From the NCBI GenBank assembly GCA_003213715.1, contig QCMN01000004.1:2161-66160 (forward strand): a stretch of 64,000 nt of DNA. Reading direction: 5' to 3'. The notes under the pieces were generated by a model. That model saw only the letters and a program-made list of their open reading frames with translations. It had not been told where the DNA came from and made no database searches. Of the stretch, positions 18,432 through 27,875 are shown in pieces (the stretch's first letter is position 1; each line of letters starts with the position of its first letter). This DNA comes from Pelagibacteraceae bacterium AG-422-B15. GTDB lineage: Bacteria > Pseudomonadota > Alphaproteobacteria > Pelagibacterales > AG-422-B15. The position numbers and the translations under genes were made by a program.

Positions 18432-19061
18432 ATGTATGCAAATATATATATTAGCAATGGTATGTTAATCTCAATTTATCATAACTTAAAAGCGTATTTT
18501 GTCTCACTTGGTGAGCGTTTTATAAAAACTAAGTTCGCTTATCCGTTTATCTTTTTGATGGGATTAATTGAAGCAATTATTTTTCCATTCCCTCAAGAAA
18601 TATTCATGGTTCCAATGATGGCATTAGACAAACAGAAAATATTTAAAATTGCTGGACTCTCAGTTCTTGGCTCAATCACTGGAGCGATAATTGCATATTT
18701 TATTGGTGTATACTTCTTCAATAGTGTGGGAAATTTTATTCTTCAGAATTTAAATTTGGTTGAGTCATTTAACTCATTTGTTAATGACATAGATAATTAT
18801 GGTTTCCTTTACGTTTTTATAGGTGGTTTTACTCCTATTCCTTTTAAAATTGTTACACTGACAAGTGGTTTTTTAGGTGTTAATTTTTTTATTTTCTTAG
18901 TTGCAAGTGTGGTCTCAAGATCAGTGAGATTTTTTCTTATAGGCTATTTAATCTATCGATTTGGAAGCATTGCACTTGAATCATTTGAAAAAAGAATAAA
19001 TTTATATTCATTTATTCTTATAACTTTAGTGATTTTAGGCATTTTATATATTACATACTAG
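18432..19061 (+). CDS. YqaA/DedA (SNARE-associated)-family inner-membrane protein
   Basis: 209 aa polytopic membrane protein with a YqaA-like N-terminal segment (FLMGLIEAIIFPFPQEIFMVPM). The start could instead be M11 (18462). Confidence 0.6.
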   Translation: MYANIYISNGMLISIYHNLKAYFVSLGERFIKTKFAYPFIFLMGLIEAIIFPFPQEIFMVPMMALDKQKIFKIAGLSVLGSITGAIIAYFIGVYFFNSVGNFILQNLNLVESFNSFVNDIDNYGFLYVFIGGFTPIPFKIVTLTSGFLGVNFFIFLVASVVSRSVRFFLIGYLIYRFGSIALESFEKRINLYSFILITLVILGILYITY

Positions 19062-19065
19062 AATT

Positions 19066-19545
19066 ATGAGTCTTATTAACATCAACTTTATTATCTCAGC
19101 ATTAGTAATAATTGCAGTATTCGTACTGCAATACGTATTTAATATGGCTCCTTGTGACATGTGTCTCGTTGAAAGGTATCCTTACTATTTATTAATTATA
19201 ATAGGTCTGGCATCAATTATTTTTAAATTTGAAAAAAGAGCAACAATTAAAAGGATCGCAAACTATGGTTCAATTCTGATTTTACTATTTGGATTTTTGT
19301 ATACCTTAAGACATGTATTGGTCGAAAGAGGCTTGGTTAATTTAAATTCAGGATGTACCTCTAATTTGTCTGATTTATCTGACAAGTCTAAACTTTTAGA
19401 AAGTCTTAATCAAACTCCATTGATTAGATGTGACGAACCTACTTATTTATTTAATTTTATTTCGGTAGCTGAGGCAAACTTGATTATGACATTTTTACTA
19501 TTATCTATAACTTTGTATTTTGTATTTTTGAAAAATGAACGTTAA
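19066..19545 (+). CDS. dsbB: Disulfide bond formation protein B family (DsbB-like)
   Basis: 159 aa with 4 TM segments. First-loop CxxC in the family context (MAPCDMCLVERYPYY). Second Cys pair in the long second loop (GCTSN...IRCDEP). Confidence 0.75.
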   Translation: MSLININFIISALVIIAVFVLQYVFNMAPCDMCLVERYPYYLLIIIGLASIIFKFEKRATIKRIANYGSILILLFGFLYTLRHVLVERGLVNLNSGCTSNLSDLSDKSKLLESLNQTPLIRCDEPTYLFNFISVAEANLIMTFLLLSITLYFVFLKNER

Positions 19546-20062
19546 AGAAAAAATTTTAAAAAAGATTATTAGAGTTGATCAGGCAGGTGAGCTTGGTGCT
19601 CAGCAAATATATCAGGGCCAGAAAATGATATTCAAACTTCAAAAAAATAAGAAAGATTTTGACCAAATATCGAAAATGGCTATGGATGAAGAGGAACATT
19701 TAGATTTTTTTGACAATATCGCCAAAGAAAAAAAGATCAGACCCACAAAACTGAAAGGCCTATTTGGTATTGGTGCTTACGCAATGGGTGTAGGTACTGC
19801 CCTCATGGGCCCCAAAGCAGCCTATGTGTGCACTGAGGCAGTTGAAGAAGTTATTGAAAAACATTATCAAAAACAAATTGATCAACTAGAGGGAGTGGAC
19901 GAAGAATTAAGAAAAAAATTAGTAAAATTTCGTGATGATGAAGTTGAACATAAAAATACCGCTATTGATGAAGGGTCGCGAGAAGCCTTTGGTTATTCTG
20001 TTTTAAGAAAAACAATCAATGAAACAACAAAAGCTGCTATTTTTTTGGCTGAGAGAATTTAA
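19535..20062 (+). CDS. coq7: Demethoxyubiquinone hydroxylase (di-iron Coq7 family)
   Basis: 175 aa. RVDQAGELGAQQIYQGQ, plus ExxH di-iron motifs (DEEEHL, DDEVEH). Confidence 0.88.
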   Translation: MNVKEKILKKIIRVDQAGELGAQQIYQGQKMIFKLQKNKKDFDQISKMAMDEEEHLDFFDNIAKEKKIRPTKLKGLFGIGAYAMGVGTALMGPKAAYVCTEAVEEVIEKHYQKQIDQLEGVDEELRKKLVKFRDDEVEHKNTAIDEGSREAFGYSVLRKTINETTKAAIFLAERI

Positions 20063-20620
20063 TTATCTTTCTAGTTGAATATCCCAATATAAGAAATCCA
20101 TCCAGCTTTCATGCAAAAAGTTAGGAGGAAAAGATCGGCCACATTTATCTAAATCAGCCATTGTAGGTACTTTTGGAATATTGAGAGGCTTCATACCCGA
20201 GTTTTTCAAAAGTTTTCCTCCCTTTTTTACGTTACAACTTGAACATGCTGTTACAATATTTTCCCAAGTTGTTTCACCGCCGTGTGATCTAGGTATAAGA
20301 TGATCAAATGTTAAATCTTTCTTTGAACCACAATATTGACAACTAAACTTATCACGCAAAAAAACGTTAAATCTTGAGAATATTGGATTTCTATTTGGCT
20401 TGATGTACGTTTTTAGACTAATAACGCTTGGCAAATACATTTGAAAACTTGGACTTCTAATTTCTCTTTCATAGTTTGATACGATATTTACCCTTCCAAG
20501 AACAACAGCTTTTACACTATCCTGCCAACACCAGAGAGAAAGCGGATAATGGCTAAGAGGCCTGAAATCTGAATTTAGAACCAAAGCTGGACATTTTTCT
20601 AAAGGAACTGCAATACTCAT
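20063..20620 (-). CDS. HNH endonuclease family protein (stand-alone)
   Basis: 185 aa. CQYCGSKKDLTFDHLIPRSHGGETTWENIVTACSSCNVKKG, with the N-terminal ALVLNSDFRPL-type domain common in this conserved family. Confidence 0.8.
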   Translation of the reverse strand: MSIAVPLEKCPALVLNSDFRPLSHYPLSLWCWQDSVKAVVLGRVNIVSNYEREIRSPSFQMYLPSVISLKTYIKPNRNPIFSRFNVFLRDKFSCQYCGSKKDLTFDHLIPRSHGGETTWENIVTACSSCNVKKGGKLLKNSGMKPLNIPKVPTMADLDKCGRSFPPNFLHESWMDFLYWDIQLER

Positions 20621-20664
20621 TATTAATTAATATATGCAATTGTATAAATATTTCAAAAAATATT

Positions 20665-21318
20665 TTAATTTGAGAACTTTTCGACTAAGAATTTAATAGC
20701 TATATCTAATCCGTCTTGAGCAATTGAATGCTGAGTGTTTGTAGAAATATGAGCCTTAACATCTATACTCAATTGTGATAATTTTTTTTCAGCTTCAATA
20801 GTTTCTTGATAAGGAACCATAGGGTCCATATCTCCATGAATTAGATAAATTGGAGGTTTTGACTTTAATTCATTTTTAAGAAGTTCTGGAGCAATTAACC
20901 TTCCTGAAAAGCCAACAATTGCTCTCATTGAATTTTCTCTTCTAAGGCCGACATGTAAACTCATCATTGTGCCCTGACTGAAACCTACGAGCGCCAAATT
21001 ATCATCACTTAACTCATAATTCTTAAGTTGTTCATCAATATAACCATTAAGTGTATCAGCTGCATTTAACACACCTTTCCAAATAGTTGCAGGATCACCC
21101 GATTGAAAATCAAACCATTGATATCCCATTGGGTTTAATCCACATTTTTCAGGTGCATTAGGAGATAAAAAAACTGCATCGGGCATTTGAGGCTGAATAT
21201 AATTAGCAAGGCCAATTAGATCATTGCCATCTGCGCCGTATCCATGACAAAATATTACAAGTTTTGATGGCTTTGAAGAGTCTTGGGGTTCTAAAACTGG
21301 TCCAGTTAAGATTGGCAT
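20665..21318 (-). CDS. Alpha/beta hydrolase, phospholipase/carboxylesterase (acyl-protein-thioesterase-like) family
   Basis: 217 aa. Nucleophile elbow GFSQG, HGDMDPMVP and a C-terminal catalytic His (TQHSI). Its start overlaps the ecm stop. Confidence 0.8.
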   Translation of the reverse strand: MPILTGPVLEPQDSSKPSKLVIFCHGYGADGNDLIGLANYIQPQMPDAVFLSPNAPEKCGLNPMGYQWFDFQSGDPATIWKGVLNAADTLNGYIDEQLKNYELSDDNLALVGFSQGTMMSLHVGLRRENSMRAIVGFSGRLIAPELLKNELKSKPPIYLIHGDMDPMVPYQETIEAEKKLSQLSIDVKAHISTNTQHSIAQDGLDIAIKFLVEKFSN

Positions 21319-23273
21319 TAAGATACTTTTCTCTCAACAATGCTCACAATGTCACTCATTATATCTTTCAGCTGATAATCCTTTGGAGTATAAACTGCTT
21401 GAACTCCATTTTTAATTAAGATCTTTTCATCTTCTGTTGGAATTATACCTCCTACAATTACCGGGATATCATCTACTTTATTTTTTTTCATTTCATTCAT
21501 AATTTCCTCGACAAGCTGCACATGAGAACCAGATAGAATAGAAAGTCCGATGATGTGTACATCTTCTTCAACAGATGATTTTACTATTTGTTCTGGTGTT
21601 AATCTAATTCCTTCGTACAAAACATCCATTCCACAATCACTCGCACTTACAGCAATTTGTTCAGCTCCACTAGAATGTCCGTCAAGGCCAGGTTTGCCTA
21701 CAAGAAATTTAATTCTTCTTCCCATCTTATCTGACAATGATTCAACTCTTTTACGTATTGGGCTGTAATCGTCATTATTGGATGGTTGAATATTAGTTAT
21801 ACCAGTCGGTGCTTTGAACTCACCAAAAACATCCCGAAGTATTTGAGACCATTCACCTGTTGTTACACCTGCTTTTGCAGCTGTAATAGAAGCTTCCATT
21901 ATGTTTTCTCCAGATTTTGCAGCTTCGCTTAATTGATTTAAAGCACTATCAACCTGTTTTTGATCTCTGTTTTGTCTCCAATCAATAACTGCTTTTACTT
22001 GTTCATTTTCAATTTTTGGATCAATTGTCTCTATGCCTCCATCATTTGATACAAGAGGTGACTCTTCAGTCTCAACAAACTCATTAACTCCAACAACGAT
22101 TTGCTCTTTATCATTAATTCTTTTTAGCCTTTCTTTTTGAGAATTGACCAATTCCTGTTTTAAGTAACCACTTTCAACTGCAGCTACTGCACCACCAATT
22201 GATTGAATGTGATTAAATTCTTTCATCGCAGTCTCTTTAAGATTTTTAACCTTTTCATCAATTACTTCAGAGCCATTGAATATATCGTCAAAATGTAGAA
22301 GATCTGTTTCATACGCAACAATTTGTTGTAATCTTAAGGACCATTGTTGATCCCATGGTCTTGGCAATCCCATTGCTTCATTCCAAGCTGGTAACTGAAC
22401 TGCTCTTGCTCTTGCATCCTTTGAGAGAACGACGCCTAGCATTTCAATTAATATTCTATATACGTTGTTCTCAGGTTGTTGCTCAGTTAATCCAAGACTG
22501 TTTACTTGCATGCCATATCTAAATCTTCTGTTTTTAGGATCCTTAACACCATATCTCTCTTTTGTAATTTCATTCCACAAAGATACAAATGCTCTCATTT
22601 TACACATCTCAGTAATAAATTTGATTCCAGAATTAACGAAGAAGCTTATGCGACCTACTACATTTTCAAATTCTTCCTCTGATAACACATTTGAGGTTTT
22701 AACTTTATCTAGATACGCAACTGCAATTGAAAGACCAAAAGCTAATTCCTGCTCAGGAGTTGCGCCTACTTCAACTAAATGGTAAGGACATACATTGATT
22801 GGATTCCAATTTGGCATTTCTTTAAAAGTAAAAGTAATCACGTCAGATATTATTTTTAAACTTGGGTCAGGTGGAAGAATATATGTTCCTCTTGAGAGAT
22901 ATTCTTTTAAAACATCGTTTTGAGTTGTTCCCCGTAATTTATTTCTGTCTATGCCCTGTTCATCTGCAACGGCTACATATAAACTTAGCAACCATGCAGC
23001 TGTAGCATTAATGGTCATTGATGTATTCATTTTATCTAATGGAATTTGATTAAAGAGCGATCTCATATCGCCAATATGACAGATTGGAACACCAACTTTA
23101 CCAACCTCCCCTTTAGCGAGAATGTGATCACTGTCATACCCAGTTTGAGTAGGTAGATCGAACGCTACTGAGATACCTGTTTGACCTTTTGATAGGTTCT
23201 TAAGATAGAGTTCATTTGACTTTTTGGCAGACGAATGTCCTGCGTAAGTTCTTATGAGCCAAGGTTTATCCAT
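21318..23273 (-). CDS. ecm: Ethylmalonyl-CoA mutase (MeaA/Ecm; AdoCbl-dependent acyl-CoA mutase)
   Basis: 651 aa. MeaA-like N-terminus (KPWLIRTYAGHSSAKKSNELY). B12 domain with DxHxxG (GLDGHSSGAEQI). Divergent from ccr, as in known ethylmalonyl-CoA pathway organisms. Confidence 0.85.
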   Translation of the reverse strand: MDKPWLIRTYAGHSSAKKSNELYLKNLSKGQTGISVAFDLPTQTGYDSDHILAKGEVGKVGVPICHIGDMRSLFNQIPLDKMNTSMTINATAAWLLSLYVAVADEQGIDRNKLRGTTQNDVLKEYLSRGTYILPPDPSLKIISDVITFTFKEMPNWNPINVCPYHLVEVGATPEQELAFGLSIAVAYLDKVKTSNVLSEEEFENVVGRISFFVNSGIKFITEMCKMRAFVSLWNEITKERYGVKDPKNRRFRYGMQVNSLGLTEQQPENNVYRILIEMLGVVLSKDARARAVQLPAWNEAMGLPRPWDQQWSLRLQQIVAYETDLLHFDDIFNGSEVIDEKVKNLKETAMKEFNHIQSIGGAVAAVESGYLKQELVNSQKERLKRINDKEQIVVGVNEFVETEESPLVSNDGGIETIDPKIENEQVKAVIDWRQNRDQKQVDSALNQLSEAAKSGENIMEASITAAKAGVTTGEWSQILRDVFGEFKAPTGITNIQPSNNDDYSPIRKRVESLSDKMGRRIKFLVGKPGLDGHSSGAEQIAVSASDCGMDVLYEGIRLTPEQIVKSSVEEDVHIIGLSILSGSHVQLVEEIMNEMKKNKVDDIPVIVGGIIPTEDEKILIKNGVQAVYTPKDYQLKDIMSDIVSIVERKVS

Positions 23274-23407
23274 TGTTTTTCAACGTTTTTTTTTGGTTTT
23301 ATTAAATCCTTTTATTTAAAATGTATATACTAATCTAGCTAAAATGGCTATAAACCTAGAAAAAAGAAACATTAGTTTTATATAAATTACACTACAGGAG
23401 CAGATTT

Positions 23408-24643
23408 ATGACCACTGAAGAAAAAGACATTTATGCAATAGGTGAAGTTCCACCTCTTGGTTTTGTCCCTAAGAAAATGCACGCATGGGTAATCAGAAGA
23501 GATCGTCATGGAAACCCAATGCAATCATTTAAAGAAGAAGAATTTGATGTTCCTGAAGTTGGATCCAATGACGTTTTGATATTTGTAATGGCCGCGGGTG
23601 TAAACTACAACGGTGTTTGGGCTGGTCTTGGAAAACCTGTATCTACGCTTGATATGACTAAAAAAGACTATCACATTGCAGGTTCTGATTGTTCTGGAAT
23701 TGTTTGGAAAGTTGGTTCTGGCGTAAAAAAATGGAAAGTGGGTGATGAGGTAATCATTCATGGTATGCAGTGGGATCATGAGGATGCTGAGGTTAATGGT
23801 GGTGAACCAATGATATCAAAAACAAATAAGGTCTTTGGTTACGAAACAGCTGATGGAACCTTTGCTCAATTCACAGCTGTTCAAGCGCACCAAGTTTTAC
23901 GTAAGCCACCAAATTTATCTTGGGAAGAAAGTGGTTGTTATATGTTAACCCTCGCAACTGCATATAGAATGCTATTTGGCCACGCTCCCAATGAATTAAA
24001 GCCGGGTGAGTTTGTTTTAATATGGGGCGCATCAGGAGGCCTTGGAAGCATGGCAGTGCAACTTGCAAAAATTGTTGGCGCTAAACCAATTGGTATTGTT
24101 TCTGATAACTCTAAAATTGATTATGTAAAAGATCTAGGAGCTGTAGGCGTTCTAAACAGAAAAGATTTTGATTGTTGGGGTGAACATCCTGACATTGATG
24201 ACGCTGAAACATATGCAAACTACATGAAAGAAGTTAGAAAATTTGGAAAAGCTTTATGGGAATTTACAGGTAAGGGTAATAATGTTGACATGGTATTTGA
24301 GCATCCGGGCGAAACTACCGTTCCTGTTTCATGTTTTGTAGTAAAACCAGGAGGAATGGTTGTTATTTGTGCCGGTACTACAGGATATAATCTCACATTA
24401 GATGCTAGATACCTTTGGATGCAAAGTAAAAGACTTCAGGGTTCACACTTTGGAAATTCAAAGCAAGCGAATGCAGCGAATGAACTTGTTATTGACGGTA
24501 CATTAGATCCTTGTATGTCAGAGCTTTTTGCATGGAACAATATTCCTGATGCTCATGAAAAGATGCTTAACAATGAACATAAAGGTGGAAATATGGCTGT
24601 CCTTGTTGGCGCTGCAAAAGAAGGACAAAAATCTCTAAACTAG
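23408..24643 (+). CDS. ccr: Crotonyl-CoA carboxylase/reductase
   Basis: 411 aa. Ccr-specific N-terminal block (IGEVPPLGFVPKKMHAWVIRRDRHG...VLIFVMAAGVNYNGVWAGLGKPVS). MDR fold. AGGAG SD 8 nt upstream. Confidence 0.9.
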   Translation: MTTEEKDIYAIGEVPPLGFVPKKMHAWVIRRDRHGNPMQSFKEEEFDVPEVGSNDVLIFVMAAGVNYNGVWAGLGKPVSTLDMTKKDYHIAGSDCSGIVWKVGSGVKKWKVGDEVIIHGMQWDHEDAEVNGGEPMISKTNKVFGYETADGTFAQFTAVQAHQVLRKPPNLSWEESGCYMLTLATAYRMLFGHAPNELKPGEFVLIWGASGGLGSMAVQLAKIVGAKPIGIVSDNSKIDYVKDLGAVGVLNRKDFDCWGEHPDIDDAETYANYMKEVRKFGKALWEFTGKGNNVDMVFEHPGETTVPVSCFVVKPGGMVVICAGTTGYNLTLDARYLWMQSKRLQGSHFGNSKQANAANELVIDGTLDPCMSELFAWNNIPDAHEKMLNNEHKGGNMAVLVGAAKEGQKSLN

Positions 24644-24653
24644 AAAGTTAAAC

Positions 24654-26309
24654 ATGCACGAACTAATTTCTAAATGTCAAAAATCCCTTATTACTGTCGA
24701 TAAGTATTACGATGCTGCCCTGCAACATGTAAGAGGTGAGTTAATTGTTAATGGAAAATTATCTCGTGATAATCTAGATAGGGAACAACATGCTGCACAT
24801 GGCTTATCTTGGGTTGCTGCATACAGAGCTACTTTGAAAGAAATGGTTAATTGGGCCTCAAACCTAGACTCGACCGGGACGTTTAATGAAACAGAGCAAT
24901 TAATTTTGCAAATTACTTTTTCGGAATACTGTGCGCAAATTAAATCTGGGATACCAATGTCACAACTTGAGTATGTTCGTCCTCAAGATTTAGGATTAAA
25001 AAATGGTCTCTTTCAAGAAACAGGGACTGAAGAATTTAATGATCTGATTTTGAATGGCAATAGCACTGCAGATCGCATGAAACTTGCTCAATTATTGAAA
25101 GATGGATTTTCGAGTAAAAACTTCGGTAATAGCGGCTTAGATGAAACCACATCAATAATTCAAGAACAATTTAGAAAATTTGTTGAAGATGACGTGACGC
25201 CAAACGCTCATGAATGGCATCTTAAAGATAACCTTATTCCGATGTCTGTAATTGAAAAAATGTCTGAACTTGGTGTATTTGGTCTGACGATACCTGAAGA
25301 ATACGGTGGACTTGGAATGACAAGATTTGTTGACTGTGTGGTAACTGAGGAACTTGCAAGGGGTTATATTGGCATTGGCTCACTTGGTACACGCGGCGAT
25401 ATAGCTGCCGAATTATTGATTACAGGTGGTACCGAAGAACAGAAAAATAAGTATTTACCAAAAATTGCATCTGGTGAAATGCTTCCATGTGCTGTTTTAA
25501 CCGAACCTCATTCAGGATCTGATATGGGCTCATTCAAAACAAGGGCAGTTGCAAATGGAGAGCACTATACAATCACAGGAAACAAGACATGGGTTACACA
25601 TGGAGCTCGAAGTGACGTGATGATGTTGTTAGCACGCACAAACCCTGATGAAAAAGGCTACAAAGGTTTATCAATGTTCCTTGCTGAAAAACAGAGGGGT
25701 GATGACGATAATATGTTCCCTGATGAGGGAATTAGTGGTGGCGAAATCGAAGTTTTAGGCTACAGAGGAATGAAAGAGTACGAAATGGCTTTTGACGGCT
25801 TTAAAGTTAAAAAAGAAAATTTACTTGGTGAAAAAGAAGGAAATGGCTTCAAACAAATGATGGAAACTTTTGAAGCAGCTCGTATACAAACTGCAGCTAG
25901 AGCACTGGGTGTAGCACAATCAGCTTTTGAAACTGCAATGCAATACGCAATAGATAGGCTAGATACAAATGGTGGTTCGCTGTATGACAAACCTAGAAAT
26001 GCATCGAAAATTGTTTCTATGGCTACTGAGATTATGGCTGCAAGACAATTAACTTATTATGCTGCAAGAGAAAAAGATAAAGGACACAGATGTGATTTGG
26101 AAGCAGGAATGGCAAAAATGTTGGCTGCTAGAGTTGCTTGGGCATGCGCAGATAACGGAGTCCAAATTCATGGAGGTAATGGGTTTGCGCTTGAGTATCC
26201 AATAAGTAGAATTTTATGTGACTCCAGAATTTTAAATATATTTGAAGGAACTGCAGAGATACAGGCCGACATTGTAACACGTCGACTTGTTTCTACGAAC
26301 CCTGCTTAA
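24654..26309 (+). CDS. mcd: (2S)-methylsuccinyl-CoA dehydrogenase (acyl-CoA dehydrogenase with ~170-aa N-terminal extension)
   Basis: 551 aa. ACAD core (TEPHSGSDMGS, ...IFEGTAEIQ) plus the long N-terminal extension characteristic of Mcd. Lies directly downstream of ccr. Confidence 0.8.
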   Translation: MHELISKCQKSLITVDKYYDAALQHVRGELIVNGKLSRDNLDREQHAAHGLSWVAAYRATLKEMVNWASNLDSTGTFNETEQLILQITFSEYCAQIKSGIPMSQLEYVRPQDLGLKNGLFQETGTEEFNDLILNGNSTADRMKLAQLLKDGFSSKNFGNSGLDETTSIIQEQFRKFVEDDVTPNAHEWHLKDNLIPMSVIEKMSELGVFGLTIPEEYGGLGMTRFVDCVVTEELARGYIGIGSLGTRGDIAAELLITGGTEEQKNKYLPKIASGEMLPCAVLTEPHSGSDMGSFKTRAVANGEHYTITGNKTWVTHGARSDVMMLLARTNPDEKGYKGLSMFLAEKQRGDDDNMFPDEGISGGEIEVLGYRGMKEYEMAFDGFKVKKENLLGEKEGNGFKQMMETFEAARIQTAARALGVAQSAFETAMQYAIDRLDTNGGSLYDKPRNASKIVSMATEIMAARQLTYYAAREKDKGHRCDLEAGMAKMLAARVAWACADNGVQIHGGNGFALEYPISRILCDSRILNIFEGTAEIQADIVTRRLVSTNPA

Positions 26310-26315
26310 TTTTAT

Positions 26316-26519
26316 ATGCCAGGTTTTTTATATTACTTATTAATTCCTATATCACTTCTTGCTGTTTTAGCGGTTTTAGGAACAGGTATTTACGCTATGT
26401 TTAAAGGTGGAGATTTTAATAAAAAGTACTCAAATAAACTTATGAGACTTAGAATTACTCTGCAGTTTATTGCGATTGTAATAATTATGAGTGCTCTTTA
26501 CTTTTCAACTAGTTCTTAA
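26316..26519 (+). CDS. HIG1-domain 'twin transmembrane helix' small protein
   Basis: 67 aa with two TM helices and the HIG1-type linker and second-helix motif (NKLMRLRITLQFIAIV). Confidence 0.7.
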   Translation: MPGFLYYLLIPISLLAVLAVLGTGIYAMFKGGDFNKKYSNKLMRLRITLQFIAIVIIMSALYFSTSS

Positions 26520-27082
26520 TGGTAAAACTCAATAAAATTTATACAAGGGCCGGTGATAAAGGCAAGACAGGGCTAGTATCTGGCAAACGTGTATTTAAGG
26601 ATAATATAAGAATAAAAGCATACGGGACTGTCGATGAACTGAATTCTATACTTGGAATTTTAAACACGAGTGCCAAATCATCTCTGAAAAAAATAATTTC
26701 AGAAATACAAAATGACTTATTTGATTTAGGTGCTGATCTCGCAACTCCAGTTGAAAAAAAACCAAAATATAAACCGCTACGCGTTACAAGCAAGCAGGTT
26801 ACAAGAATTGAAAAAACAATTGACAAATATAACGCAAAGTTAGCACCCCTTAATTCTTTTGTGCTACCGGGAGGGTCTCAGTCTGCGGCATTTTTACACA
26901 ACGCAAGAACTGTAACGCGCCGAGCTGAAACTCAGATTGTCGCACTTGCAAAAAAAGAAGAGGTCAACGAAGAAGCAATTAAATATATCAATCGGTTATC
27001 TGATTTATTTTTTGTTTTATCGAGAGTTGAAAACAACAATGGCAAAAAAGATATTTTGTGGAAACCTGGTAAGAATGTATAA
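26519..27082 (+). CDS. pduO: ATP:cob(I)alamin adenosyltransferase, PduO/MMAB type
   Basis: 187 aa. N-terminal IYTRAGDKGKTGL and YGTVDELNS. Its start overlaps the previous stop (TAATG). Confidence 0.9.
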   Translation: MVKLNKIYTRAGDKGKTGLVSGKRVFKDNIRIKAYGTVDELNSILGILNTSAKSSLKKIISEIQNDLFDLGADLATPVEKKPKYKPLRVTSKQVTRIEKTIDKYNAKLAPLNSFVLPGGSQSAAFLHNARTVTRRAETQIVALAKKEEVNEEAIKYINRLSDLFFVLSRVENNNGKKDILWKPGKNV

Positions 27083-27125
27083 TTTATGTTTACTCAACTA
27101 AAAAAGATATTATAACACATAAATC

Positions 27126-27875
27126 ATGAAAATTTTAGTCCCTGTCAAAAGAGTTATTGATCCGTACGTTAACATCAGAGTTAAATCTGATCAAACTGGT
27201 GTTGAAACTGAGAATGTAAAAATGTCTATGAACCCCTTTTGTGAAATTGCAGTTGAAGAGGCAATTAGATTAAAAGAAGCTGGTAAAGCTGAAGAGATCA
27301 TCGCTGTTTCAATCGGCAATCAATCTTGTCAAGAAACTATTCGAACGGCTCTTGCAATGGGAGCTGACCGAGGAATACATGTGCTCACAGAAGAAAAAGT
27401 TGAGCCTATTTCAATTGCAAAAATTCTAGCAAAAATTTGTGAAAGCGAGTCACCTGGACTAGTGATATCCGGAAAGCAAGCGATTGATGGAGATAACAAT
27501 CAAACTGGTCAGATGCTTGCTGCACTAACAGATATGCCTCAAGGAACTTTTGCTTCAAAAGTTGAAATCGACGGCGACAAGGTTAAAGTTACCAGAGAAA
27601 TAGATGGAGGTTTACAAACTGTAAATCTGAATATGCCCGCTATTATTACCACCGATTTAAGATTGAATGAACCTAGGTATGCTTCTCTGCCCAATATAAT
27701 GAAAGCAAAAAAGAAGCCAATTGATCAAAAATCTCCTGAAGACTATGGAGTTGATGTTACACCTAGAGTAAGTATTTTAAAAGTTATTGAACCTCCAAAG
27801 CGTCAGGCTGGAATCAAAGTCGAGAATGTTGGAGATCTTGTAGAAAAATTAAAAAATGAGGCAGGAGTTATATGA
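27126..27875 (+). CDS. etfB: Electron transfer flavoprotein beta subunit
   Basis: 249 aa. [13 protein letters not shown]..., [19 protein letters not shown]. Confidence 0.93.
   Translation: MKILVPVKRVIDPYVNIRVKSDQTGVETENVKMSMNPFCEIAVEEAIRLKEAGKAEEIIAVSIGNQSCQETIRTALAMGADRGIHVLTEEKVEPISIAKILAKICESESPGLVISGKQAIDGDNNQTGQMLAALTDMPQGTFASKVEIDGDKVKVTREIDGGLQTVNLNMPAIITTDLRLNEPRYASLPNIMKAKKKPIDQKSPEDYGVDVTPRVSILKVIEPPKRQAGIKVENVGDLVEKLKNEAGVI

Noticed and set aside
20063-20620. HNH endonuclease as a homing, mobile or defence element
   Set aside because: There is no partner gene (methylase, terminase, intron/intein context), no flanking repeats and no compositional break. It is tightly packed between core genes, and the LNxDxxPL-HNH architecture is a widely conserved stand-alone family. 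Its function remains unknown, but nothing here marks it as mobile.
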